This document shows positions 1 to 9,126 of a stretch of DNA of 62,113 nt, piece by piece. Source of the DNA: a virus (Duplodnaviria > Caudoviricetes); IMG/VR virus record IMGVR_UViG_3300021962_000103, positions 1 through 62,113 of that record. The stretch is one strand, 5' to 3'. The position numbers and the translations under genes are program-made. Under the pieces are notes generated by a model that was not told where the DNA came from, ran no database searches, and saw only the letters and a program-made list of their open reading frames with translations. Position 1 is the first letter of the stretch, and each line of letters opens with the position of its first letter.

Positions 1-583
1 TTCCCGTAGTAGGTTGTATTGCAACACCCTCTACCGAACCACTTTGTGTTGCACTTGGAATTGTTTTAGAAAATATAGGTTTTACTATTTCTGATATAGC
101 AACTTGTGGCCTTCTATAAAAACGAACAATATCTTCGTTGGCAAGGTTTCGGTTTATCTTAAATGTTTTTTCCCATTTAACATTATAAACACCCTTCCAT
201 TCTTCAGGAACATCTAATAAAGTTCCATTATCGTTTCTATATTTTTTTAACTCACCAAGGACAGTAATCTTACCAATTCCTATTGGAGTATCGGGATATA
301 TGTGAACTGACACTAAAGTTGATAAACCTTCATAGTAATCAGGTGAACCTTTACCTGGCTCATAATAAATGGGATTACCTTCAACATCCAAGATTTCAAT
401 TTTAACCTCGGTTGTTTCTTTTAAGAACTCAGACCCCTCAATTAAGAACCCATTCTTACCACCACTAAAAGTATCTTTAAGTTCGGTGATTCTAAAATAT
501 TCAGATGTAGGATTCGTATCAACTATAAAAGTTGAAAAATTTGAAAGATTCTGAAATGATGAAAACGATTTGATTATTGCCAT
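1..583 (-). CDS. Partial (runs off window) hypothetical protein, probably structural
   Basis: ATG at 583 reads MAIIKSFSSFQNLSNFSTFIVDTNPTSEYFRITEL...; continues to window edge; ATATTTATA motif 18 nt upstream. Confidence 0.7.
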   Translation of the reverse strand, partial: MAIIKSFSSFQNLSNFSTFIVDTNPTSEYFRITELKDTFSGGKNGFLIEGSEFLKETTEVKIEILDVEGNPIYYEPGKGSPDYYEGLSTLVSVHIYPDTPIGIGKITVLGELKKYRNDNGTLLDVPEEWKGVYNVKWEKTFKINRNLANEDIVRFYRRPQVAISEIVKPIFSKTIPSATQSGSVEGVAIQPTTG

Positions 584-638
584 AAAAACTCCTATACCAA
601 TATAAATATGGAGTTTTTTAATACTTATTTATAAAATA

Positions 639-678
639 TATAGAATAATATAGAAAGTTATAGAAACCTATGGAAAGA
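639..678 (+). promoter_or_regulatory. Four tandem 10-bp-period direct repeats (TAT[A/G]GAA), candidate operator
   Basis: tagaataata tagaaagtta tagaaaccta tggaaaga; the last copy overlaps the ATG of the RHH gene. Confidence 0.5.
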
Positions 679-837
679 CAAAAGTACACAACAATTCAGA
701 TAAAAAAAGAAACCCATGAACTTTTACAAGAGTATTGCAAAGAACATGGGTATAAACTAAGTGGGTTAATAGAAAAGTTGGTTTTACAAAAAATCCAAAC
801 TCCTAAACCACAAAATGTATTAAGGGTTAAAACTTAA
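670..837 (+). CDS. Small ribbon-helix-helix-like DNA-binding protein (55 aa)
   Basis: Manual translation MERQKYTTIQIKKETHELLQEYCKEHGYKLSGLIEKLVLQKIQTPKPQNVLRVKT; TTIQI beta-strand followed by two helices; below ORF-track cutoff; only convincing plus-strand gene. Confidence 0.7.
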   Translation: MERQKYTTIQIKKETHELLQEYCKEHGYKLSGLIEKLVLQKIQTPKPQNVLRVKT

Positions 838-3800
838 CCTCTGAGAATCCATTTATCTTTTTGATTTCAATCAATCCATCTACCACATCTCTCATCGAGT
901 CAATGTGAGATATAATCATAACGAAGTCAAATTGAGTTTTAAGGTATGTAAACAACATAAATAAGGATTGTAGGTTCTCACTATCCAACGTACCGAACCC
1001 TTCATCAATCACAAGGAAATTAGGACGAGGTAGGTTACATACGTTGATTAAGGCAACTCGAATTGCCAAACCACTAATAAATCTCTCCATACCACTACAC
1101 ATCTCCAATGACCACTTTTGGTCACCATATACAAGATATGCATTGATGTTCTTACCATCCATCTCTAACTGCATTCCAAACTCTACAATTTGAGCAAGGA
1201 TGTTATTCACCTCACCTTCAATCATTGGAAGTGCCTTCTCAATCAATTCATAAGAAACACCATCTTTAGAAAGAGCATTCAAATAATACTCAAATAACTT
1301 AGATTGTTCTTCTAAATCCTTTACCTCTTTGATTCTACTTTCAATTGTTTCTTTTTGATTTTGAAGAGCAGAAATCTTACCATTTAACTTTAGAACTTCC
1401 GAATTTACTTTTTTCAACTCATCTTTGTTCTGATTTAACGTAGAACGAACTTGAGTGATTTCTTCTCGAATTTCTCTATTTTTATTGATTTGTTCCTCGT
1501 TCTTATAATATTCTTGAATGAGTTGTTCTTGTTGTTGGATTTGTGTTTCTAACCTAACCTCTTCGGTTTCTTTGGTAGAAAGTTGATTATGGAGTTGAGT
1601 AATCTCTCTATCCAATTTATCTTCTTTTTCCTTTGCTTCTTGTAGTTTACCCCATTCTTCTTCAATTGTTTTTAAAGAATCAATTTGGAGTAACAACATC
1701 AATCTTTCTTCATCAAACTCTTTAAAGTAAGATTCACCATCTTGAATACGAGATTCCACCTCTGCTTTTTGTTCTCTGATTGATTGTGAGTTCTCCATAC
1801 AAATCTCACAATTTTCGTTGTATTTATGAGAATCTAAGTGTTTCTTTCTATCGTAGTGAGAATCTAATCCAACTTTGATTTTCTCAATTTCAGATTCAAC
1901 CTTACCCAATCTTTGTCTTGCATCTCTTAATTTATCAATTGATTCCTTTAAAGATTCTTCATCATACTCATCGATGATTTCTTCCAAAGTTACTTGTAAT
2001 TCTTCTCTATGGGTGATTCTTTCTTGTATTGAACCTTTTGTGGTTTGGACCTCATCAATCTTCTCTTTAAGGGTTTCTAACCTTTTTTCCAACTCACCAA
2101 TCGAAACCCCACTATCAGAATTAAGTTTTACAATTCGTTCGTTTAACTTGTTGATTTTCTTGTTTAACTCATCTTCTTCGGTTTTTAAGGCAATTTGGTT
2201 CAACTCCAACAATTTAAATTCGTTCTTGTCGGTTTTTAAACTTGTTTCGATTTCTGCTAATTTTGTAGTAAAATCATCGGACTTAAATTTCTTGATAAGT
2301 GTTGCATTATCCCTATTCTCATCAGAGGCAACATTATACAATTTATCGAAAATATCCACACCAATGAATTGAGAAAGAATTTCCTTTCTTTCACTTTGTG
2401 ATTTATCAATAAAGAGTGCATTGTTTCCTTGTAGGGATAATGTAGTTAAAACGAAATCTTCAAACTTACCTAAATATTTTTCAATATTCTTGTTAGTATC
2501 TCTTCGTTGTTCTCCATTAAGTGATTCTACTACCCCACCATCTTCTTTCCAAAAGTTTACATTTACCGAAAGGTTGGTTTGTTTTCTTGTCCACTTTGCA
2601 GTTCTTTCAATAAAGTAATCTACTCCATCAATTTCAAAGTTGAACTTGCAATGGAAGTTATCTTTTTGATTGTTTAGTACATTCTTGGATGATGTAGTAC
2701 GAGATGTTTTATCAAAGATACAAAATGATAGTGCATCGAAAAGAGATGATTTACCCGATGCATTAGGGGCAAAGATACCCATGATACCTCTTGCGTTACC
2801 GAATCTGATTTTGTTACCTTCACCATACGAAAACATATTAGAGAACTCTAAACTCTTAGGAGTCCATAGAATATTCTCTGCAAGGTCATCTGAATTAATT
2901 TTGGTATTTAGTTCTTTGTTTAGTTCCGAAATCTTATCTAACTCCGAATCTTCTAACAAATACTGTCTTTCTAAGTAATCTCTAATAAGAGAGTTTTGGA
3001 ATGTTTCATCCTTAACATTACCAACAATATTCTTGTTTAGTTTGTTATTAGTTTTTAATTGACCGATTGTATCAGTACGAGTTACGGTTACCTCAGCAAC
3101 ATTAAACATCTTCTTTAACTCGGTGATACGAAGTTTCATATCACTTGCCTCAGTATTGGTAAATCTTAATCTTAAACGAGGATGTTTTGGTAATTTAGTA
3201 TCAACCTCATCATATACCCATTGTGGTATTTGACCATCAACCACATCGATAGTAAGGAATCCATAATCGTTGTGAATCTCAAATTCCTCATAAGTTCTTG
3301 TTGGAACATCCCAAATCAAATAACCATGATTTTCCAACATCTCACCGTGGTTTTGTTGAATCATAGAACCACAATAGGATACGATTGGTTTTCCATTTTG
3401 TGGGTCATATTCTTGTAGGATTTGTCTTTTATGAATATCCCCCATCAAAACCATATCAAACCCCGCAAACATTTCAGTAGTGAATGAATTTGAAGATACG
3501 GTATATCCAATATCAGTTTGTGATTTATTTACCGGACCATGAAACAAACATATTTTTGTTTCCCCTTGGATGGATTTACCACTTGGCCAATTTTCCTTTT
3601 TATCCAATATGGAATAAACAACAAAAGTAAGATTATGGATGTTATAAACACCAGTATCACGAAGATAGTGAATACGAGGATTTTTAAGATTATCGATAAT
3701 AGGCGTAAGAACATCTAATCTGTGTTGGTTATTTAAATTACAATCGTGGTTTCCAGTTATAAGTATTGTTTCTCTTAACTTAGAACATTCAGTTAAGAAC

Positions 3801-4000
3801 CATGAGATTTCTTGAATCAATTCAGGAGACATCTCAGTTTTAGCATGAGCAATATCACCTCCAATATAAATTACCGAATCTTCAATCTTATCTTCTTTTA
3901 CTTGTTTTAAAAACTTTTTGAATACCAAACGATATTCTTTGTGTCTTTGCAAATTACGAATGTGTAAATCTGCTAAGTGGTAGATTTTGTTTATAACCAT
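827..4000 (-). CDS. Fused SbcD/Mre11 nuclease - SbcC/Rad50 ATPase (gp47-gp46-like recombination exonuclease)
   Basis: N-terminal phosphoesterase motifs DLH, GGD, GNHD, GDIH; Walker A APNASGKSS; long coiled coil with CEIC zinc hook; signature CSGMERF; Walker B/D-loop IDEGFGTLD; H-loop ISH. Confidence 0.93.
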   Translation of the reverse strand: MVINKIYHLADLHIRNLQRHKEYRLVFKKFLKQVKEDKIEDSVIYIGGDIAHAKTEMSPELIQEISWFLTECSKLRETILITGNHDCNLNNQHRLDVLTPIIDNLKNPRIHYLRDTGVYNIHNLTFVVYSILDKKENWPSGKSIQGETKICLFHGPVNKSQTDIGYTVSSNSFTTEMFAGFDMVLMGDIHKRQILQEYDPQNGKPIVSYCGSMIQQNHGEMLENHGYLIWDVPTRTYEEFEIHNDYGFLTIDVVDGQIPQWVYDEVDTKLPKHPRLRLRFTNTEASDMKLRITELKKMFNVAEVTVTRTDTIGQLKTNNKLNKNIVGNVKDETFQNSLIRDYLERQYLLEDSELDKISELNKELNTKINSDDLAENILWTPKSLEFSNMFSYGEGNKIRFGNARGIMGIFAPNASGKSSLFDALSFCIFDKTSRTTSSKNVLNNQKDNFHCKFNFEIDGVDYFIERTAKWTRKQTNLSVNVNFWKEDGGVVESLNGEQRRDTNKNIEKYLGKFEDFVLTTLSLQGNNALFIDKSQSERKEILSQFIGVDIFDKLYNVASDENRDNATLIKKFKSDDFTTKLAEIETSLKTDKNEFKLLELNQIALKTEEDELNKKINKLNERIVKLNSDSGVSIGELEKRLETLKEKIDEVQTTKGSIQERITHREELQVTLEEIIDEYDEESLKESIDKLRDARQRLGKVESEIEKIKVGLDSHYDRKKHLDSHKYNENCEICMENSQSIREQKAEVESRIQDGESYFKEFDEERLMLLLQIDSLKTIEEEWGKLQEAKEKEDKLDREITQLHNQLSTKETEEVRLETQIQQQEQLIQEYYKNEEQINKNREIREEITQVRSTLNQNKDELKKVNSEVLKLNGKISALQNQKETIESRIKEVKDLEEQSKLFEYYLNALSKDGVSYELIEKALPMIEGEVNNILAQIVEFGMQLEMDGKNINAYLVYGDQKWSLEMCSGMERFISGLAIRVALINVCNLPRPNFLVIDEGFGTLDSENLQSLFMLFTYLKTQFDFVMIISHIDSMRDVVDGLIEIKKINGFSEVKF

Positions 4001-5094
4001 TATTTGTAATTGTTTCTATTGAAAATAAACTTTTGTTTTTCTAATAGTTTAAAGTTGGATTGTATATTATATACATTTTTTTTATAATAAAAATATAAGT
4101 CTTCTAATGACATTTTATGAATTACATCTAAATTATTTTTATATTGTTCCATTATAGAATCATGGGTGTGCTGCGGAGTTAAATCAAACAAGTCATCTGC
4201 TAACCAAAATCCTAAATTTTTTAAATAGCTATTGATATAAGTACTACCTAAAATTAAAGGTATATTTCTTGATATAAAGGGATTCCATGATTTTTCACTT
4301 AAATGAATTCCATCACCGACAATAATTTTTGTTTCTAATATACAACTAACATAAGATGTCATAGTAATTGGAAGTGGTGGCATTTCAACATTTATGCAAC
4401 CCATATTTGTCATCTCTGATGTAGAATCTAATATAATAGGAATTTTTTTCTTTTTAAATTCAAGTAGTTCTTGTGATAATTCGGAATCGTTATAACTTGT
4501 AGCGAATGAACTATAACCCAACCACGAATCAGTATCTAATCCTATATCATAAACATATTTAAAAATTTTCAATCTTTCTTGTTTGTCAACACCAATAATC
4601 ATGTTAAGTTTTTTTTGACGAAAATTATCCATAAATTTGGTAGTCACATAATCAACATCCCTCCAATAACTTTGCTTTGGGGCTCGATATCTAAAATAAT
4701 TAAAATTATTAATATCAGTAACAACATTAAATCTATTTGAAAAATAGGTAAGATTTTTAGTATCACTAAAATCATCACGATTATCATCGTCTACTACAAA
4801 AAATTTACACTTATGTTTTTCAGCTAAAGAATCTATTTTTTCTCTAAAAACTTCAATCGAATCTAAGTCAAAATGCAATCTATCTAATATTATTGAATCA
4901 CCCGGTTGAATATCTATTTTTGAAAGATGTATATCTAATAATTCAATAAAATTAAATTTCCAAGCATTTACTTCTATTTCATTGGCATTTTCAATATTAA
5001 CAAAGTTAACTGGCTCATTTTCCGTAAATTCAAACAAAGAATACCACGGCGAGTACGAACCTCTTCTAATGTGTACTGGAATTACATGAATCAT
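4000..5094 (-). CDS. Hypothetical protein, glycosyltransferase-like C-terminus; paralog of 47550..48665
   Basis: ILETK...HLSEKSWNPF...PLILG...LKNLGFWL pattern shared with VIETN...HITEKTIKPI...PFVIYG...LQNFGF. Confidence 0.45.
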   Translation of the reverse strand: MIHVIPVHIRRGSYSPWYSLFEFTENEPVNFVNIENANEIEVNAWKFNFIELLDIHLSKIDIQPGDSIILDRLHFDLDSIEVFREKIDSLAEKHKCKFFVVDDDNRDDFSDTKNLTYFSNRFNVVTDINNFNYFRYRAPKQSYWRDVDYVTTKFMDNFRQKKLNMIIGVDKQERLKIFKYVYDIGLDTDSWLGYSSFATSYNDSELSQELLEFKKKKIPIILDSTSEMTNMGCINVEMPPLPITMTSYVSCILETKIIVGDGIHLSEKSWNPFISRNIPLILGSTYINSYLKNLGFWLADDLFDLTPQHTHDSIMEQYKNNLDVIHKMSLEDLYFYYKKNVYNIQSNFKLLEKQKFIFNRNNYK

Positions 5095-6032
5095 AAATTA
5101 AATAACTTTTGTTTTATCACATCCGTAAAATCGGTTTCTTTTGATTCTTTCAAAATATGATTTACTTTTGAAAATCCCATTTCACCTGCATCTTTATCTG
5201 ATGGAATTATATTTCTAACTTTTATACCTTGGTTTCCTAATTGAACTACATAATAAAGTGCTTGTTCTTGAGCATCTTTATCTAATAAGATATTGATGTT
5301 CTTTACACTCTTATCATATATATTTTCCATTAATTTTTTTGGAATAAATTTACCAAGAATAGGAATTGCATTTCTTTTAACCGATAATGCATCAAATACA
5401 CCTTCTACTAAAGTTATTGGTTCGTTCCAATTTATTTGGTTTTCGAACATGATAACATTTTTCGATACTGGCGGATTTTTATATTTAAATGTTTCCTCAT
5501 CAAATACACTTCGTGCGATGAAGTAATTGAGTCTATTGTCAGAATCGTAAGAAGGAATAATAATACGGCCGGAATACAAACCACCATCACAATACCCAAT
5601 ATTATATCTGATAATATCTTCTCTAGTGATACCACGAGAATCTGCATAATGTTTTACCTTTCTGAATGTAGGGTTTACACCCTTTGGTTCTTTTAGTAAT
5701 GATTTAAATTCGTTGGGTAACCTTAGTTCTATTTTTTCCTCTTCAGAATCTTTAGAATATACTATGTAATCATCTCCATAGATTTCATGAAGTTTTTGTA
5801 ACTTATGAGAATCTACATGAAGTCTTCGTAACAAAGATGAAATTCGTTTTCCTTTTGCATCACATACCCAACAATGCCATTGTTGTGTTTCTAAGTTAAC
5901 TTGAAGTTTCTTTTTGTGGTGATGACAAAATGGACAATGATGTGCCTGCTCATCCCCTTTCAACGAACTACCAGTCCCAAGGGTTTCATCTAAAATATTA
6001 ATTACAATAATTCTATCTCTTTGTGAGAGCAT
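5091..6032 (-). CDS. DNA primase (zinc finger + TOPRIM)
   Basis: CPFC...HCWVC zinc finger; RIIIP, YKNP; VEGVFDA; LDKD TOPRIM DxD; KDAGE. Confidence 0.9.
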   Translation of the reverse strand: MLSQRDRIIVINILDETLGTGSSLKGDEQAHHCPFCHHHKKKLQVNLETQQWHCWVCDAKGKRISSLLRRLHVDSHKLQKLHEIYGDDYIVYSKDSEEEKIELRLPNEFKSLLKEPKGVNPTFRKVKHYADSRGITREDIIRYNIGYCDGGLYSGRIIIPSYDSDNRLNYFIARSVFDEETFKYKNPPVSKNVIMFENQINWNEPITLVEGVFDALSVKRNAIPILGKFIPKKLMENIYDKSVKNINILLDKDAQEQALYYVVQLGNQGIKVRNIIPSDKDAGEMGFSKVNHILKESKETDFTDVIKQKLFNL

Positions 6033-6055
6033 AACACTTACAATTTTTGTTAATA

Positions 6056-6087
6056 CAAAGATACGAAAAATAATTCAAATTACCAAA
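6056..6087 (-). promoter_or_regulatory. Bacteroidota housekeeping sigma promoter (-33 TTTG / -7 TATCTTTG)
   Basis: Minus strand TTTG-N20-TATCTTTG upstream of the primase. Confidence 0.75.
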
Positions 6088-6088
6088 T

Positions 6089-6391
6089 TTATTTATTAAT
6101 ATTGGATTCTATTATTTTTAACATTTCTGATTCAACATTATCAAAAATTATTGTACTGTCTACAGAAATAGTATCTTGTGTTGAGTTTTTAAAATTGGAC
6201 ATTCTATCTTTTCTTAACATCTCTGATAAAGTTACAAAATCTTTATGCATTTTTATATTCTCATCAATTATACCTCTACAATCATCGGTTTTAAAATATT
6301 GTATAGCCAATATCGTAATCAATATGATTATCAATACCATCAATCTTTGAGATTGAGTAAATTGCTTTAGTATGTCAACTATATATTTCAT
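6089..6391 (-). CDS. Hypothetical membrane-anchored protein
   Basis: Hydrophobic LMVLIIILITILAI segment. Confidence 0.6.
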   Translation of the reverse strand: MKYIVDILKQFTQSQRLMVLIIILITILAIQYFKTDDCRGIIDENIKMHKDFVTLSEMLRKDRMSNFKNSTQDTISVDSTIIFDNVESEMLKIIESNINK

Positions 6392-6422
6392 AAAAATTTT
6401 CCACTATAATACTCCTCACATA

Positions 6423-6454
6423 CAAATATACGAAAAATTTTCCACTATTCCAAA
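6423..6454 (-). promoter_or_regulatory. Bacteroidota housekeeping sigma promoter
   Basis: TTTG-N20-TATATTTG. Confidence 0.75.
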
Positions 6455-6882
6455 TCTTTTCTAAAAAATTTTCCAAGAAGATTATCGTTTAGTGCTTTTT
6501 CATCTCCAAGAACATCGTGTGCAAATTGTTCTTGTAATTCGTAATATGTAAGTGATTTTTTGTTGGAACAAAAACGAAGGATTCGTGTTTCTATCTGGTC
6601 ATTATCTATTTCTTTAAACCAATCCTGAACATCTTTGTTTGATGAACGATAATTTTTCCAATCTGATTCTTTAATAATCATCTCGTACTTTTTTAATCGT
6701 TTATCAGACATTGATTCAAGTTCTCTTTTACCGAAATTTCTTTTTCGTATTGATACTACTTGTTTTTTACCAATGTAGTATTGACCTGTCTTTCCATTTG
6801 TGATTTTGTAGATAAATCCAAAAGTTCCTTCTGGCATATCTTCAAATTGTGTAATGTGGTTTCCTTTATATATCCAACCCAT
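6445..6882 (-). CDS. GIY-YIG-like putative endonuclease
   Basis: FGFIYKITN...YYIGKKQ...WKNYRSS...LTYYE; start re-assigned to MGWIYKG. Confidence 0.7.
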   Translation of the reverse strand: MGWIYKGNHITQFEDMPEGTFGFIYKITNGKTGQYYIGKKQVVSIRKRNFGKRELESMSDKRLKKYEMIIKESDWKNYRSSNKDVQDWFKEIDNDQIETRILRFCSNKKSLTYYELQEQFAHDVLGDEKALNDNLLGKFFRKDLE

Positions 6883-7438
6883 AGTTAAAAAGTGTGAAAT
6901 CATTTTTATATTTCTCCCTCACCCAATCTTTCATCCACTCTTCATTATAATATTGTTTATATAACTTATGAGTATCTAAATTAGGGTGTCTATCCCAATA
7001 TTGGTTTCTATTCAAATGTGGGATTTGGTTCTGTTCTATTCCAATCTGATTAAAAATATAATTCAAATCATTATAGAAATTTTCGTATCTTCCAACAAAA
7101 GAAACTTTCTTTGTGTTGGTTTTACCATGATACAAATAATATTCTTGAGAAAAGAATAAAAAATCCAAGGGGTTAATGGATTCTATAAATGTAGAAAATA
7201 ATTGAATTTGCCCATCCCTCTTTTTATGTTCGTACCACGATGCCAATCGAGTAAAGGGATTTCGGACTAACGAGAATATGAAATAATCATCTACATCTCT
7301 CAATTGATTAATTGCACCATGTACTGTAATTTGTTCAGTTCCCGGTACATTCAATAAGATTTGTGATATTGAATTTCCTCCTGTCTTAGGTATATGAATA
7401 TACGCCCACTTTTGTGGACGGTTTATAAGTAACCCCAC
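6866..7438 (-). CDS. Sulfotransferase family protein (Sulfotransfer_2-like)
   Basis: PAPS-binding YIHIPKTGGNSI; VRNPFTRLASWY; FVGRYEN; C-terminal DFTLFNY. Confidence 0.85.
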   Translation of the reverse strand: MGLLINRPQKWAYIHIPKTGGNSISQILLNVPGTEQITVHGAINQLRDVDDYFIFSLVRNPFTRLASWYEHKKRDGQIQLFSTFIESINPLDFLFFSQEYYLYHGKTNTKKVSFVGRYENFYNDLNYIFNQIGIEQNQIPHLNRNQYWDRHPNLDTHKLYKQYYNEEWMKDWVREKYKNDFTLFNYGLDI

Positions 7439-7452
7439 TTATTAAAAGTTTT

Positions 7453-7638
7453 TTATCGTTCTACTGAATCAGAATATTTTTTTTGATTCAACTTACCACC
7501 ACGAGCCTTTTCTAATTTATCTTCAGAAATTGCAAGTTTAGCTAAGTCAAAATCTCCCTCTGAAATAGGAGTTCTATCTTTTTTCAGAGGAAGTTTTGAG
7601 AAATCTGATTTTTCGTATAGTTCTTGTATAGATGCCAT
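7453..7638 (-). CDS. Hypothetical protein
   Basis: 61-aa ORF tightly packed in operon. Confidence 0.55.
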   Translation of the reverse strand: MASIQELYEKSDFSKLPLKKDRTPISEGDFDLAKLAISEDKLEKARGGKLNQKKYSDSVER

Positions 7639-7640
7639 TA

Positions 7641-7868
7641 TTATGCTTCTTCTTCAATTAACTTGTAAATTCTAACATTTTCTAAAGTCATTTCTGGGTC
7701 TGCTGCCATTTGTGCTGCAAATCCTTTAACAACATCAGTTTCTTCATTACCATCCCATTGAAAACAGTTCAATTCCATGGTATTTTCTTTCATAGTTGCT
7801 AATTCAACATCAGATACAGAAGCAATTAATTCTTCACCTTTGTAATTTAAAATTTGATAATTTGCCAT
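7641..7868 (-). CDS. Hypothetical acidic protein
   Basis: 75-aa ORF downstream of ATATTTATA motif at 7911. Confidence 0.6.
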   Translation of the reverse strand: MANYQILNYKGEELIASVSDVELATMKENTMELNCFQWDGNEETDVVKGFAAQMAADPEMTLENVRIYKLIEEEA

Positions 7869-7921
7869 TTTTTTTTTCCTATTGTTAGTTAATAAATAAT
7901 ATAACTTTTATATAAATATGA

Positions 7922-9004
7922 TTAAGTATCAAAACGAATCAAAAAGTTAAGGTCATAATCAGGTAAATTTTTAATTGGTTGTGGTAATTTTGCAATCGCA
8001 ACCATATCCCCATCCTCATCATATAATCCAATTGTTGTAATAAATGGTGCTAAATATGAACCAGTTGGATCTACTGAACCTGAATTATAGTAATCATCCC
8101 ACGAACCACTTATTGTAGTATCAAATGAACCACTATACCATTGTCTTTGTTCTATATCTAATACTTCTTTTATTTTTACTGTCTTTGCAGGTGATACATT
8201 TGTTATTGGTGTTGTTTCAAAATCATACGAACCACTCAATCGTACATTTACTGCAGTTGGGTTTTGAGAATAATTAAATTCACCAGCCTTAACTGATAAA
8301 AGAACTTCAGTTTCATATATAGTTTGTGTAGAACGATATTCTAATTGATACTCCGATAAATTTAATTCAGAATTAATTATAATAATACCATCTGAATAAA
8401 ATACATTACCATATGCAAGAGTGGAAATTGGAATACTTTGGAAATCTAATTGTTTTGTAAATGTAATTAATTCTGTTTCCGCGTCTATTGATACTACATA
8501 ATAAGTTTCACCAATACCATCATCTAATATTATAATACCACCCGTTTGTAAATCAAAAGTTAAAACTTCTAATTCATATTCAATTGCATTTTGAGAAATA
8601 GTAAGAATACCACTTTCCACATCAAACTCAGTAAAAGTATAAGTTGGTATGGGATTTACAATTCTACCAAATCCATCATCAACATAGGTTGCACCACCAA
8701 CTGAAAGATTTACTGATTTTTTCTTTATAGCCTCACCAAACTTATCTCTATCTATATCGAATACATAAATTGTATCAGATAATTGTCTTTCTTGATTAAG
8801 TCTTGAGATATTATTAAAAGAACCAAATGTTGTAAATGCATTACCATCTAAATTAGAATAGTATTTTGAACGAATTGAGCGATAGTTTGAGTTAGACTCA
8901 TCTATCAACTCAACCGGATACGATTCATTGGTTAGATTATCCCAAAGTTTATATACTTGGAACTTTCGTTTGGTTACACTTGATTTTGGTATTGATTTTA
9001 ACAT
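7922..9004 (-). CDS. Virion structural protein with tail-collar/fibre-like C-terminus
   Basis: EFNYSQNPT...ITTIGLYDEDGDMVAIAKLPQPIK resembles tail-fibre/collar IxEIGLFD...LIAVA motifs; paralogous C-terminus with 9127..10356. Confidence 0.6.
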   Translation of the reverse strand: MLKSIPKSSVTKRKFQVYKLWDNLTNESYPVELIDESNSNYRSIRSKYYSNLDGNAFTTFGSFNNISRLNQERQLSDTIYVFDIDRDKFGEAIKKKSVNLSVGGATYVDDGFGRIVNPIPTYTFTEFDVESGILTISQNAIEYELEVLTFDLQTGGIIILDDGIGETYYVVSIDAETELITFTKQLDFQSIPISTLAYGNVFYSDGIIIINSELNLSEYQLEYRSTQTIYETEVLLSVKAGEFNYSQNPTAVNVRLSGSYDFETTPITNVSPAKTVKIKEVLDIEQRQWYSGSFDTTISGSWDDYYNSGSVDPTGSYLAPFITTIGLYDEDGDMVAIAKLPQPIKNLPDYDLNFLIRFDT

Positions 9005-9039
9005 AATATATTCCTACTCTATATAAATATACTAAAAGA

Positions 9040-9067
9040 AAAAACCCCATATTACTATGGGGTTTAA
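9040..9067 (-). terminator. Intrinsic terminator
   Basis: aaaccccat-attact-atggggttt hairpin with A-run on plus strand (U-tract on minus). Confidence 0.7.
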
Positions 9068-9126
9068 ACTCGTGTGAGTCAATCCTACGATACTATCATA
9101 GGGGGCGCGCCACCTTGAGGGGTATT

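Noticed and set aside
9068-9126. Possible tRNA
   Set aside because: No T-loop GTTC, no cloverleaf, too short
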